64,000 bases of DNA, from contig CAZHYJ010000005.1 of assembly GCA_964536725.1 (NCBI GenBank), positions 3,084-67,083 on the forward strand, given 5' to 3'. Position 1 is the first letter of the stretch. Each line of letters starts with the position of its first letter. Below, piece by piece: positions 12,351-20,621 of this stretch. The notes under the pieces are model-generated. The model ran no database searches. It was not told the origin of the DNA and saw only the letters and a list, made by a program, of their open reading frames with translations. The stretch comes from an uncultured Gammaproteobacteria bacterium (GTDB lineage Bacteria; Patescibacteriota; Patescibacteriia; Magasanikbacterales; GWA2-37-8). Both the position numbers and the translations under genes were made by a program.

Positions 12351-12896
12351 ATGGCAAAACAAACACTTAATCTTGGGCGACGCTGGTATGTGCTACACAC
12401 CTACTCCGGTTACGAAGAAAATGTAAAACACAACCTCGAACAACGTGTCGAATCTTTTGACATGCGCGATAAGATTTTTGGAATAATCGTTCCCAAAGAA
12501 AAAAGAATTAAAATCAAAAACGGCAAACGTACCACGGTGGAAGAAAAAATCTTCCCGGGTTACGTCTTGGTAGAAATGATCGTTACTGATGATTCTTGGT
12601 ACGTAGTGCGTAACACGCCAAACGTTACTGGTTTCGTTGGTTCCGGTACTACCCCAACTCCGATTGACCAAAAAGAAGTTGACCAACTTTTGAAACGGGT
12701 TAACTCGGCTGAGCCACAACACAAGATTGATATCAACATTGGCGACATTGTACGCATCTCTGACGGCCCATTCAAGAACTTTGAAGGCAAGGTTTCTGCC
12801 GTTGATGCTGAACGCAGCAAGATCAAAGTCATGGTCACTATGTTCGGTCGTGAGACCCCAGTGGAATTAGACGCTTTACAAGTTAAGAAAATTTAG
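12351..12896 (+). CDS. nusG: Transcription elongation factor NusG
   Basis: WYVLHTYSGYE, FPGYVLVEM, KOW domain, FGRETPVEL. Confidence 0.97.
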   Translation: MAKQTLNLGRRWYVLHTYSGYEENVKHNLEQRVESFDMRDKIFGIIVPKEKRIKIKNGKRTTVEEKIFPGYVLVEMIVTDDSWYVVRNTPNVTGFVGSGTTPTPIDQKEVDQLLKRVNSAEPQHKIDINIGDIVRISDGPFKNFEGKVSAVDAERSKIKVMVTMFGRETPVELDALQVKKI

Positions 12897-12964
12897 GTAG
12901 TATGTTAAACGCGACTGGTATCGAGTTAATCGGTACGCTTCTCAGGCGCATTAAATAATAATAT

Positions 12965-13390
12965 ATGGCAAAAAAACTATTAACTCAAATCAAATTACAG
13001 ATCGTTGGTGGCGCCGCTAATCCAGCTCCTCCAGTCGGTCCAGCCCTTGGTCAACACGGTTTGAACATCCAGGGTTTCTGTAAGGAATTCAACGACAAGA
13101 CCCAAGACAAAAAAGGTGATGTCGTACCAGTAATCATCAACGTTTACGCCGACCGCACTTTTGACTTCGTTATGAAGACGGCTCCAACTGCTGAGCTCAT
13201 CAAGAAAGCGGCTAAGATCCAAAAAGGTTCTGCTAAACCTTTGCAAGAAAAGGTTGGCAAAATCACCAAGGCCCAAGTCAAAGAAATCGCCGAAAAGAAA
13301 ATGACTGACTTGAACGCCAAGGATTTAGGCGGTGCAATGAGAATGGTGGAGGGTACTGCTAAACAGATGGGTGTGACGATTGAAGGATAA
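12965..13390 (+). CDS. rplK: 50S ribosomal protein L11
   Basis: [18 protein letters not shown]...FCKEFN. Confidence 0.97.
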   Translation: MAKKLLTQIKLQIVGGAANPAPPVGPALGQHGLNIQGFCKEFNDKTQDKKGDVVPVIINVYADRTFDFVMKTAPTAELIKKAAKIQKGSAKPLQEKVGKITKAQVKEIAEKKMTDLNAKDLGGAMRMVEGTAKQMGVTIEG

Positions 13391-13399
13391 AAAAACAAA

Positions 13400-13429
13400 A
13401 AAACACTCCGATTTAAGTCGGAGTGTTTT
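13400..13429. terminator. Bidirectional intrinsic terminator
   Basis: aaaacactccga-tttaag-tcggagtgtttt. Confidence 0.85.
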
Positions 13430-13514
13430 ATTTTATCTCTTTTTCACTTTCAAATCCTCGCCGCTTTCTACAAATTTTGCAAAAAACGGGGAAGGGATTT
13501 GAAGGTGAAGCCCT

Positions 13515-13832
13515 TCAGAAGGTGGGGGGAATAAATACCCCGAAGAGGGAGAGGGCGAACGAGGCAAGACGGCACAATCCATAGGAAAGCCCGTAACCGA
13601 CAGCACCGCTAACGATAGCGACGATGGCGGTAACCACGACCACCACGATCGTCGCAACAGTAGAGAAACCTGCCCACCACACGAAACTGTGCCGACGAGG
13701 CTGTCCGCCCAATCTGGTGGCATGACGAGCCAGGCCAACCACGATACCACAGATGGACAGAACCACCCAGAATGCCACGACCCCCACAATTGCGAAAGTC
13801 ATCGCAGTTGACCAGCAGAGCATGGTTTCCAT
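13515..13832 (-). CDS. GC-rich orphan small membrane protein (105 aa, 2-3 TM)
   Basis: GAGGAG SD before ATG at 13832; hydrophobic segments; 35/60 GC at 13621-13680. Confidence 0.7.
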   Translation of the reverse strand: METMLCWSTAMTFAIVGVVAFWVVLSICGIVVGLARHATRLGGQPRRHSFVWWAGFSTVATIVVVVVTAIVAIVSGAVGYGLSYGLCRLASFALSLFGVFIPPTF

Positions 13833-13954
13833 GATTAACTCCTCGAGACAAGAGATGATAGTATACAAACACAAAAAACACCATTTTGTCAAGATTGCAA
13901 ATACCAAGGAAACAAAAAACCGGCCATAAGACCGGTTGCGAACAAAAAAACAAA

Positions 13955-15061
13955 CTAACCCAGACAACTGGCTATGTCTTGTTTAATTTTTTCGTACTCT
14001 GCTTTATCTTTTAAACCATAGTTTACTTGGGTATAACCAAAAGTTAATTTTTGCAGAAAACTCATTGGCTTCTCGGCCAGTTTCTTTAATTCTTTTTTTG
14101 TCTCCTCACCAAGCTGATAACGATCCAACATTCTTCTTATCGCCACTGCATGATCTACACCATTTCCATGTTGCAACGCTGCCGAAGAAGACATTAGAAA
14201 AATAAACAAATCCCGTGCCTGCCTCTCTGGTACTGGCACTTTGGGACTATATTCCGTCTCCGGATCGCAAATATGAACATTCTGATCCTTATCGATAATC
14301 ATATTGGGCAAATTCAGTTCACCCCACTGTACCCCTTGAGTATGCATTGCTTTAGTTTGATCAACAACTTTGTCCAACACCCCCATCAAACCATCCGCAT
14401 CCATGTCTTTAGCAAAATCACACTCACCATAATCTTTAATTAACGAACGATTGGCAAACAAATCATATAAGTTAACATTGGGGAGATAATCCATCACTAT
14501 TGTATTAGGATCGCTGTTGTTAATAGTGGGGATCTGACTACGACGCTCGAAAGTTTCTTTCCATTTTATTGAATCGGCTTTTTTAATTTTCCTACCACTC
14601 AAAGTCTTAAAAATATTATCAAATTTTCTATGAATCCAAGAGGTTGGGTAGTTGAAAACTACAAATAATTTCCGGCCGCTTTCTAAAGTAACGATTTTAG
14701 TTTGTGTGCTATAACTATGAACATGACAATCATATTCAGCCGCCGTGTTATTTCCTTTAATTATCGCCGGCGCACGAAAACCAACTTCTTTTTTAAGATC
14801 TTTAATTTTTCCTTCCAACTCACCCTGCTCCTTGGTTGTTAAAACTGCCCCAGAAATGGTGGCTGGGCTTTCTGGACCTAAAATAGCTGCGCGCACCTCC
14901 TCTATGCGATCTTTAATGTCCGCTTGCTTTCCTTCCCCAACACCACGTAATTCCGCGATCTTTGGTCCAAAATCTGGACCACCATCTTCTACCTTTTGTG
15001 GAGCTTTGTCTTTTCCTCTCTCCGTTGGATGTCCAAGCGGGTCCCTGTCTAAAGTGTCCAT
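13955..15061 (-). CDS. Protein kinase-like fold protein (RIO/Bud32/Kdo-like), degenerate catalytic loop
   Basis: IVMDYLPNVNL ... MHTQGVQWGELNLPNMII ... ICDPE. Confidence 0.6.
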   Translation of the reverse strand: MDTLDRDPLGHPTERGKDKAPQKVEDGGPDFGPKIAELRGVGEGKQADIKDRIEEVRAAILGPESPATISGAVLTTKEQGELEGKIKDLKKEVGFRAPAIIKGNNTAAEYDCHVHSYSTQTKIVTLESGRKLFVVFNYPTSWIHRKFDNIFKTLSGRKIKKADSIKWKETFERRSQIPTINNSDPNTIVMDYLPNVNLYDLFANRSLIKDYGECDFAKDMDADGLMGVLDKVVDQTKAMHTQGVQWGELNLPNMIIDKDQNVHICDPETEYSPKVPVPERQARDLFIFLMSSSAALQHGNGVDHAVAIRRMLDRYQLGEETKKELKKLAEKPMSFLQKLTFGYTQVNYGLKDKAEYEKIKQDIASCLG

Positions 15062-15070
15062 ATAAAAAAA

Positions 15071-16171
15071 TTATTGTATAAACATGGCGTCACCAAAACT
15101 ATAGAAGCGATATTTTGCTTCTACTGCTTTTTGGTAACACTCTAATGTGAATTCCCTACTCCCTACAAATGCTGATACCAGCATTATCAACGTGGACTCA
15201 GGTAAATGAAAATTAGTAATCAACGCATCCACCACTTTAAATTCAAACCCGGGTGTAATAAAAATATTAATATCACCACTAAATGCTTCCAGTCGCCCAC
15301 GTTTAGCAAAAATTCCTTCCAACGATCGCACGGCGGTTGTTCCCACTACGACCACTCGCCTACCTTGCGCTTTAGCCGTGTTTATCAGCTGTGCATTTTT
15401 ATCTGTCAGTTCCACCCACTCTGGATGCATTTTGTGTTCTTCCACCTTTTCGGTCTTCACCGGCAAAAATGTTCCCAAACCAACATGCAAAGTAACTTCG
15501 GCAAATTCGACTCCTTGGTTTTTTAATTGCTCAATCAATTCCGGAGTAAAATGAAAACCAGCTGTTGGTGCCGCTACCGACCCTTCCTCTTTTGCATACA
15601 CCGTTTGATAGCGTTCGTCCAAATTCAATCCGATCGCTTTACCACTCATCTCTTTGATATATGGTGGCGTTGGCACCTCGCCATATTTATTCGCCTTAGC
15701 CCGCACAGTCATATCATCATCTTTAAATTGCACCAGAACAGTGCCGTCTTCTTCTTTGGTAATCACCTCGGCAAAAAAGTCTTCCGCAAAAACAACCTTC
15801 ATTCCCAAACGTAATTTCTTCCCCGGCTTCGCCAACACCTTCCACACCCCAAAATTTTCCATTGGTCTAACCAAAAATATTTCAACACTTGGTGTATTAA
15901 AAATTCTATCCGTTAAATCTTTGCCTTTTATCTCCAACACTTCTTCGTCTAAAAGTAACACTCCCTTTAATCGCGCCTTAAGCACTTTCGAATTGTTCCA
16001 CACCAACAGATCGCCGGGACGTAGATATTCACCGATATTAAAAAACTGGCGATGATTAACTTCTCTCGTTGTGCGATTAATCACCATTAGACGCGACTGA
16101 TCACGTCGCTCGGCTGGCGTTTGGGCGATTAGTTCTTTGGGTAAATTGTAATCAAAATCGGAAGTTAACAT
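15071..16171 (-). CDS. queA: S-adenosylmethionine:tRNA ribosyltransferase-isomerase
   Basis: DFDYNLPKELIAQTP, GSVAAPTAGFHF, LHVGLGTF, YRFYSFGDAM. Confidence 0.96.
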   Translation of the reverse strand: MLTSDFDYNLPKELIAQTPAERRDQSRLMVINRTTREVNHRQFFNIGEYLRPGDLLVWNNSKVLKARLKGVLLLDEEVLEIKGKDLTDRIFNTPSVEIFLVRPMENFGVWKVLAKPGKKLRLGMKVVFAEDFFAEVITKEEDGTVLVQFKDDDMTVRAKANKYGEVPTPPYIKEMSGKAIGLNLDERYQTVYAKEEGSVAAPTAGFHFTPELIEQLKNQGVEFAEVTLHVGLGTFLPVKTEKVEEHKMHPEWVELTDKNAQLINTAKAQGRRVVVVGTTAVRSLEGIFAKRGRLEAFSGDINIFITPGFEFKVVDALITNFHLPESTLIMLVSAFVGSREFTLECYQKAVEAKYRFYSFGDAMFIQ

Positions 16172-16174
16172 ATT

Positions 16175-17032
16175 TTAACGTAAATATTTCGCCACGTTAA
16201 CATTGTGCTCTTCCAGTGTCTTCGCGTAATGCATCACTCCGTCGGTGCCACTCATAAAATACCAGTAATCATTTTTTGTTGGGTAAAGTGTCGCATTGAT
16301 TGCTTTTAAACTCGGATTACCAATTGGACCAAGTGGTAGGCCAGGATATTTATAGGTATTATAAAAAGAATCTATTTGACGATCCTCTGCATTGACGGCT
16401 GGGTCATTTTTACCGGTAACATAATTCACAGTTGCACACGATTGCAGTGCCCAGTTTTTTTGCAGACGTCTCCAAAAAATATCTGCCACCAATTTCATAT
16501 CTTCCGCCGATGCCGCCTCCCGCTCTACTACCGATGCCATGGTTAAAATATCAAACCACGTTTTTTTCTGTGCAACGGCTTCAGTGCGCATTTCAGGAAT
16601 AATTTTGTCATCTAAAACAGAAAATATTTTTTTGATAATTTCTTCTGGCTTGGCGTCAGCATAAACACGATAGGTTTCTGGTAAAAAATATCCTTCATAT
16701 GAGACACTGCTGGATTTGTCCGTAAACAATTCAGCCAAAGTCCCGGTCGCTGTCCAGTCCAAAACCGGCGAAACAGTTTTTACCGCACGATAATTTTTTG
16801 CCGGCTCACCCACCAATGCATATAGCTCATCTTCGTTTTTAATCAACCCTTTTTTAACCCAATCAGTAGCAATCTGGCGCAAATTCCACCCGGGGATAAT
16901 AGTGATGTTTATCTCTGGACGTGGTGGCAATGGAACATATTTTGGCCGACTAAAATGACGGTAACCAAAAATACCCAATACTGCCAATATGATTATTGCG
17001 ATTAAAAATGTGTTTATTTTTTGGATATTCAT
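16175..17032 (-). CDS. mltG: Endolytic transglycosylase MltG (YceG family)
   Basis: EGYFLPETY, MASVVEREA, YNTYKYPGLPLGPIGNP. Confidence 0.9.
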   Translation of the reverse strand: MNIQKINTFLIAIIILAVLGIFGYRHFSRPKYVPLPPRPEINITIIPGWNLRQIATDWVKKGLIKNEDELYALVGEPAKNYRAVKTVSPVLDWTATGTLAELFTDKSSSVSYEGYFLPETYRVYADAKPEEIIKKIFSVLDDKIIPEMRTEAVAQKKTWFDILTMASVVEREAASAEDMKLVADIFWRRLQKNWALQSCATVNYVTGKNDPAVNAEDRQIDSFYNTYKYPGLPLGPIGNPSLKAINATLYPTKNDYWYFMSGTDGVMHYAKTLEEHNVNVAKYLR

Positions 17033-17733
17033 TCGATTGTTGGAGGATTAAACTTTTCTTCCGCACGATAATATTTCTCTAGTGTGTCTGTCGGAAACCA
17101 TTGCCCATTGTGACAACAGGAAAAAATTACACCACTCGGAGATAGTTTTTCAAAACAATCACGCTCGATCATACAAAAACCTTCTGGCAACATTTCCAAA
17201 ACGTCTTTCTCCATTACATATCCGCCAGCGTTATTTAAATTTGATGGCGCCTCTTCCACCTTAGGTTTTTCGATAAACCGCTTAATCTTCTCCCCTTCTA
17301 ATTCAGCAATACCAAATTGCGTTACATCCTCCACCGGAAAAAGTGCCAGGGTAATTTTGGCTGGATTGCGTTCATGTGTTGCAATTAATTCCGTCCAGTC
17401 AAAATCCGCCAAATTATCACCATTAATTACCAAAAATTTTTCGTTAATATTTTCTGCCGCTTTACGAATCGCACCACCCGTTCCTAGCGGAGCATCCTCA
17501 ATACAATATTCAATATTCATCCCCCATTTACTACCATCACCAAAATATTCTTTAATCAATTCCGCACGATAGCCAATCGAAAGAATAACATCGGTGATAC
17601 CATGTTTTTTAAAATTTAATAAAGCGTGCTCGATAATTGGCTTACCCTTAATTGTTAAAAGTGGTTTGGGAATATTTTCCGTTAATGGTCGTAAACGTGT
17701 TCCTAAACCACCTGCTAGAATGATTGCTTTCAT
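17029..17733 (-). CDS. Sugar-phosphate nucleotidyltransferase (GDP-mannose pyrophosphorylase-like)
   Basis: ILAGGLGTRLRPLT..PKPL, PLGTGGA, NGD, EKP. Confidence 0.88.
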   Translation of the reverse strand: MKAIILAGGLGTRLRPLTENIPKPLLTIKGKPIIEHALLNFKKHGITDVILSIGYRAELIKEYFGDGSKWGMNIEYCIEDAPLGTGGAIRKAAENINEKFLVINGDNLADFDWTELIATHERNPAKITLALFPVEDVTQFGIAELEGEKIKRFIEKPKVEEAPSNLNNAGGYVMEKDVLEMLPEGFCMIERDCFEKLSPSGVIFSCCHNGQWFPTDTLEKYYRAEEKFNPPTIE

Positions 17734-18260
17734 AGATCAATAACAATACGTAACCAAAACATTATCACCGTCACCAAACCTGCCAAGGACAACCCGCCAA
17801 CAATATCAAAAGGATAGTGGACGCCGGCATACACTCGCCCCCAACCAACCCATAATGCCATTGGCAACAACATCCAGGCTCCCGGCAAACCCAAAAGTAA
17901 CGCCAGAAACAAAAGTAAGAAGGCAGAAAACGCATGATCGGACGGAAATGACTTCCAACTACTCAAGGGATAGAACAAAAGATGGCTTTCCGGGTGTTTC
18001 ACATGCGGACGAGACTCCTTTACAATCATACCGATCAACAAACTGAGCATTATCCCCATTGCCCACGCACTACCCAAAATCATCACTCCAATGAACATCG
18101 CTTTGCGATCAGGCATGCGTACCATCCACATTCCAACCAAAAACCAAGCGGTCATACCAAAAATCACCCACTCCGCTCCCGCGCGACCAAAGGCGTCAAA
18201 CCAGCGATTTTTCCCGACCAAACTGTTAATTTTCAAAAAAAGACGTGTGTTCCAGTCCAT
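17730..18260 (-). CDS. PAP2-family phosphatase (undecaprenyl-diphosphatase BcrC-like)
   Basis: RP, SFPSDH, GRVYAGVHYPFDIVGG. Confidence 0.9.
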   Translation of the reverse strand: MDWNTRLFLKINSLVGKNRWFDAFGRAGAEWVIFGMTAWFLVGMWMVRMPDRKAMFIGVMILGSAWAMGIMLSLLIGMIVKESRPHVKHPESHLLFYPLSSWKSFPSDHAFSAFLLLFLALLLGLPGAWMLLPMALWVGWGRVYAGVHYPFDIVGGLSLAGLVTVIMFWLRIVIDL

Positions 18261-18363
18261 AGGATATATAATGGATATATCTTAACAAAAAGCAGGCTTA
18301 ATGGCAACTAGGCCAAAACCTTGAATTTTTCTGACTTAATGGTATAATTCCCCCCATCAATAT

Positions 18364-18436
18364 GCGCCCATAGCTCAGGGGTTAGAGCACCGCCCTTATA
18401 AGGCGGGGGTCGATGGTTCGAAGCCATCTGGGCGCA
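18364..18436 (+). tRNA. tRNA-Ile, anticodon UAU; CCA not encoded
   Basis: Acceptor gcgccca/tgggcgc; anticodon arm ccgcc-ctTATaa-ggcgg; T-loop ttcgaag; upstream TTGAAT-16-TATAAT. Confidence 0.93.
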
Positions 18437-18438
18437 CT

Positions 18439-19419
18439 ATGAAAAAACCAATCCCCAACCCAAAAGACATGCCGAAGACACCGATCCAACGGTTAGATGT
18501 TTTTTTAACCGAAACACTAAAAATCACCCGCTCCCAAGCACAAAAGATGTTGGAACGTGGAGAAGTTTTGGTAAACGGTGAACCACCATTTAAAACCGGC
18601 CAGAAAATCGGTCCAAAGGACAAAGTTACTTTTATTAAACCCGCCCCCAAGAAAGACGACAACGAAAGAAAAAAAGTGATCGCCGAAAGAACAAAAAAAT
18701 TCACTTTTAAAGATCTAACTATCACCAAAAAAACTCCCGACTATTTTATCGTTGAAAAACCAACCGGGATGCTCACCCACTCTACTTTAAAAAATGAACC
18801 TGACTCGTTGGCAGAATTAATGGCCAAAAAATTTCCCGAAATAAAAAACGTGGGCGACGATCCTGCTCGTCCTGGTATTGTCCATCGTTTAGATAAAGAG
18901 GCCTCCGGTTTATTGGTTGTTGCCCGCACACAGAAAATGTTTGAACATTTAAAGGAACAGTTTAAAAAACGTACTATCCAAAAAGAATACCTTGTCTTGG
19001 TGCACGACAAAGTTGCTAAAGATTGGGCAGAGATAAACTTCCGCATCGAACGCTCCGAAAATGCCGACCGCATGGCTGCTCGTCCCACATTAGAAAAAGG
19101 CCAACCATCCGAGGCCGGCAAAGAAGCCCTCACCGAATTTTGGGTGGAAAAAAGATTTGTTAACTTCACACTTCTACGCGTAAACATCCACACCGGTCGC
19201 ATGCACCAAATCCGTGCACATATGTTGGCGTACGATCACCCAGTAGTTGGCGACCCACTATATTTCCAAAAGAAACAAAAACGCACCTGGGACATCCGTT
19301 TGGGTCGACTGTTTTTGCATTGCAATAAAATTGCCTTTGAGGATTTAAATGGCAAAACGGTTAGTGCCGAATCACCTTTACCTGAACCACTAGAAAATTT
19401 CCTTAAAACTTTGGCGTAG
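18439..19419 (+). CDS. RluA/RluD-family pseudouridine synthase with S4 domain
   Basis: RLDVFL S4 domain, GIVHRLDKEASGLL, TGRMHQIR, GDPLY. Confidence 0.92.
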   Translation: MKKPIPNPKDMPKTPIQRLDVFLTETLKITRSQAQKMLERGEVLVNGEPPFKTGQKIGPKDKVTFIKPAPKKDDNERKKVIAERTKKFTFKDLTITKKTPDYFIVEKPTGMLTHSTLKNEPDSLAELMAKKFPEIKNVGDDPARPGIVHRLDKEASGLLVVARTQKMFEHLKEQFKKRTIQKEYLVLVHDKVAKDWAEINFRIERSENADRMAARPTLEKGQPSEAGKEALTEFWVEKRFVNFTLLRVNIHTGRMHQIRAHMLAYDHPVVGDPLYFQKKQKRTWDIRLGRLFLHCNKIAFEDLNGKTVSAESPLPEPLENFLKTLA

Positions 19420-19420
19420 T

Positions 19421-20044
19421 ATGAAAGCTGCCCAAAAAAATCCAATTATAATAATTAGCGGCCCCGCTGGTGTAGGCAAAACTACTGTCGCTAAAGCATT
19501 GCAACGCGATTATTCCAACTTAGAAACCAGCGTCACCTATACCACCCGCCAACCCCGTCTTGAAGCCCCAGAAGATAAAAAAATATATTACATTACTATT
19601 CCGGAATTCGAAAAAATGATTGTCCAAGATGAATTTTTAGAATGGGCAAAAGTACATGGCCAATATTACGGCACACACAAAAACAAAACTTTGGAAAAAT
19701 TAAAGAACCATCCGGTAATTTTTAACCTTGATGTTCAGGGCGCAAAACAAATTATGGAGAAGATTACTGACCACCCCTTGGTTAGCATTTTCCTTGTACC
19801 AGAATCAATTGAACAAATCAAAGAACGGATAATCAAACGTGGTCACTCTGATCCGGACGATCTCGCCCGACGTCTCGAGTCGGCTGAAAAAGAGCTAAAA
19901 ACACAGAACATCTATCAGCACCAAATAGTGAACAGTGAAGGCAGAGTACAAGAAACGATTGCTACAATAAAGAAAATCCTCACCCCATATTTAACCCAAA
20001 AAACCTCCATATTTAGCCAAATTCGCACATTTCTGCATTTTTAA
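19421..20044 (+). CDS. gmk: Guanylate kinase
   Basis: SGPAGVGKTT, TTRQPR, FLEWAKVHGQYYGT, DVQGA. Confidence 0.93.
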   Translation: MKAAQKNPIIIISGPAGVGKTTVAKALQRDYSNLETSVTYTTRQPRLEAPEDKKIYYITIPEFEKMIVQDEFLEWAKVHGQYYGTHKNKTLEKLKNHPVIFNLDVQGAKQIMEKITDHPLVSIFLVPESIEQIKERIIKRGHSDPDDLARRLESAEKELKTQNIYQHQIVNSEGRVQETIATIKKILTPYLTQKTSIFSQIRTFLHF

Positions 20045-20113
20045 TTACGACACCTTGACAAAAAACAGAAAATTGGCTAAAATATGGCAACAATCAATAC
20101 TTAATTGAAATTT

Positions 20114-20467
20114 ATGACCGAAACAAAAGACAACCAAATTTACAAACCTGGCATGTTGGTAAGAGTTCACCAGAAAATTAAAGAAACCAACACTAAGGGT
20201 GAGGAGAAAGAACGTATCCAGATTTTCGAAGGAACCATCATCGCCGCTAAACACGGACAAGAGATTGGTGCCACCATCACTGTATACAAAGTTTCTGAAG
20301 GCGTCGGTGTAGAAAAAATCTACCCAATCCATTCGCCGGTGGTCGCTAAGATCGAAATCGTCAAAGCGTTCCGTGTCCGTCGTGCCAAGCTTGGACATTT
20401 GCGTGATCGCAAGTTCAAACGCAAGTTGAAGGAAGTTAAGAAGGCAAAAGTGGAAGTAAAGAAATAA
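20114..20467 (+). CDS. rplS: 50S ribosomal protein L19
   Basis: ERIQIFEG, GVGVEKIYPIHSP, VRRAKL; promoter TTGACA-17-TAAAAT at 20055-20083. Confidence 0.93.
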   Translation: MTETKDNQIYKPGMLVRVHQKIKETNTKGEEKERIQIFEGTIIAAKHGQEIGATITVYKVSEGVGVEKIYPIHSPVVAKIEIVKAFRVRRAKLGHLRDRKFKRKLKEVKKAKVEVKK

Positions 20468-20474
20468 TTAAACT

Positions 20475-20505
20475 AAAAAATCCGGCCTTGTTGGTCGGAT
20501 TTTTT
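20475..20505. terminator. Intrinsic terminator after rplS
   Basis: aaaaaatccggcc-ttgtt-ggtcggatttttt. Confidence 0.85.
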
Positions 20506-20521
20506 TATTTCTTTTGGGTCT

Positions 20522-20603
20522 TACATTTTAAAAATATTTTATCTCGGAGCCGCGGTCGCTGTGACGCTCCCTAGGCTCCTCAATAAAAATTTTTAAAAAT
20601 GTA
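20522..20603 (-). repeat. Long palindromic element E downstream of second uvrA
   Basis: AT-rich arms tacatttt.../...aaaatgta around GC core ggagcc...ggctcc with GA/GA internal loops on the minus strand. Confidence 0.75.
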
Positions 20604-20621
20604 GATACTACCTTACTACTC

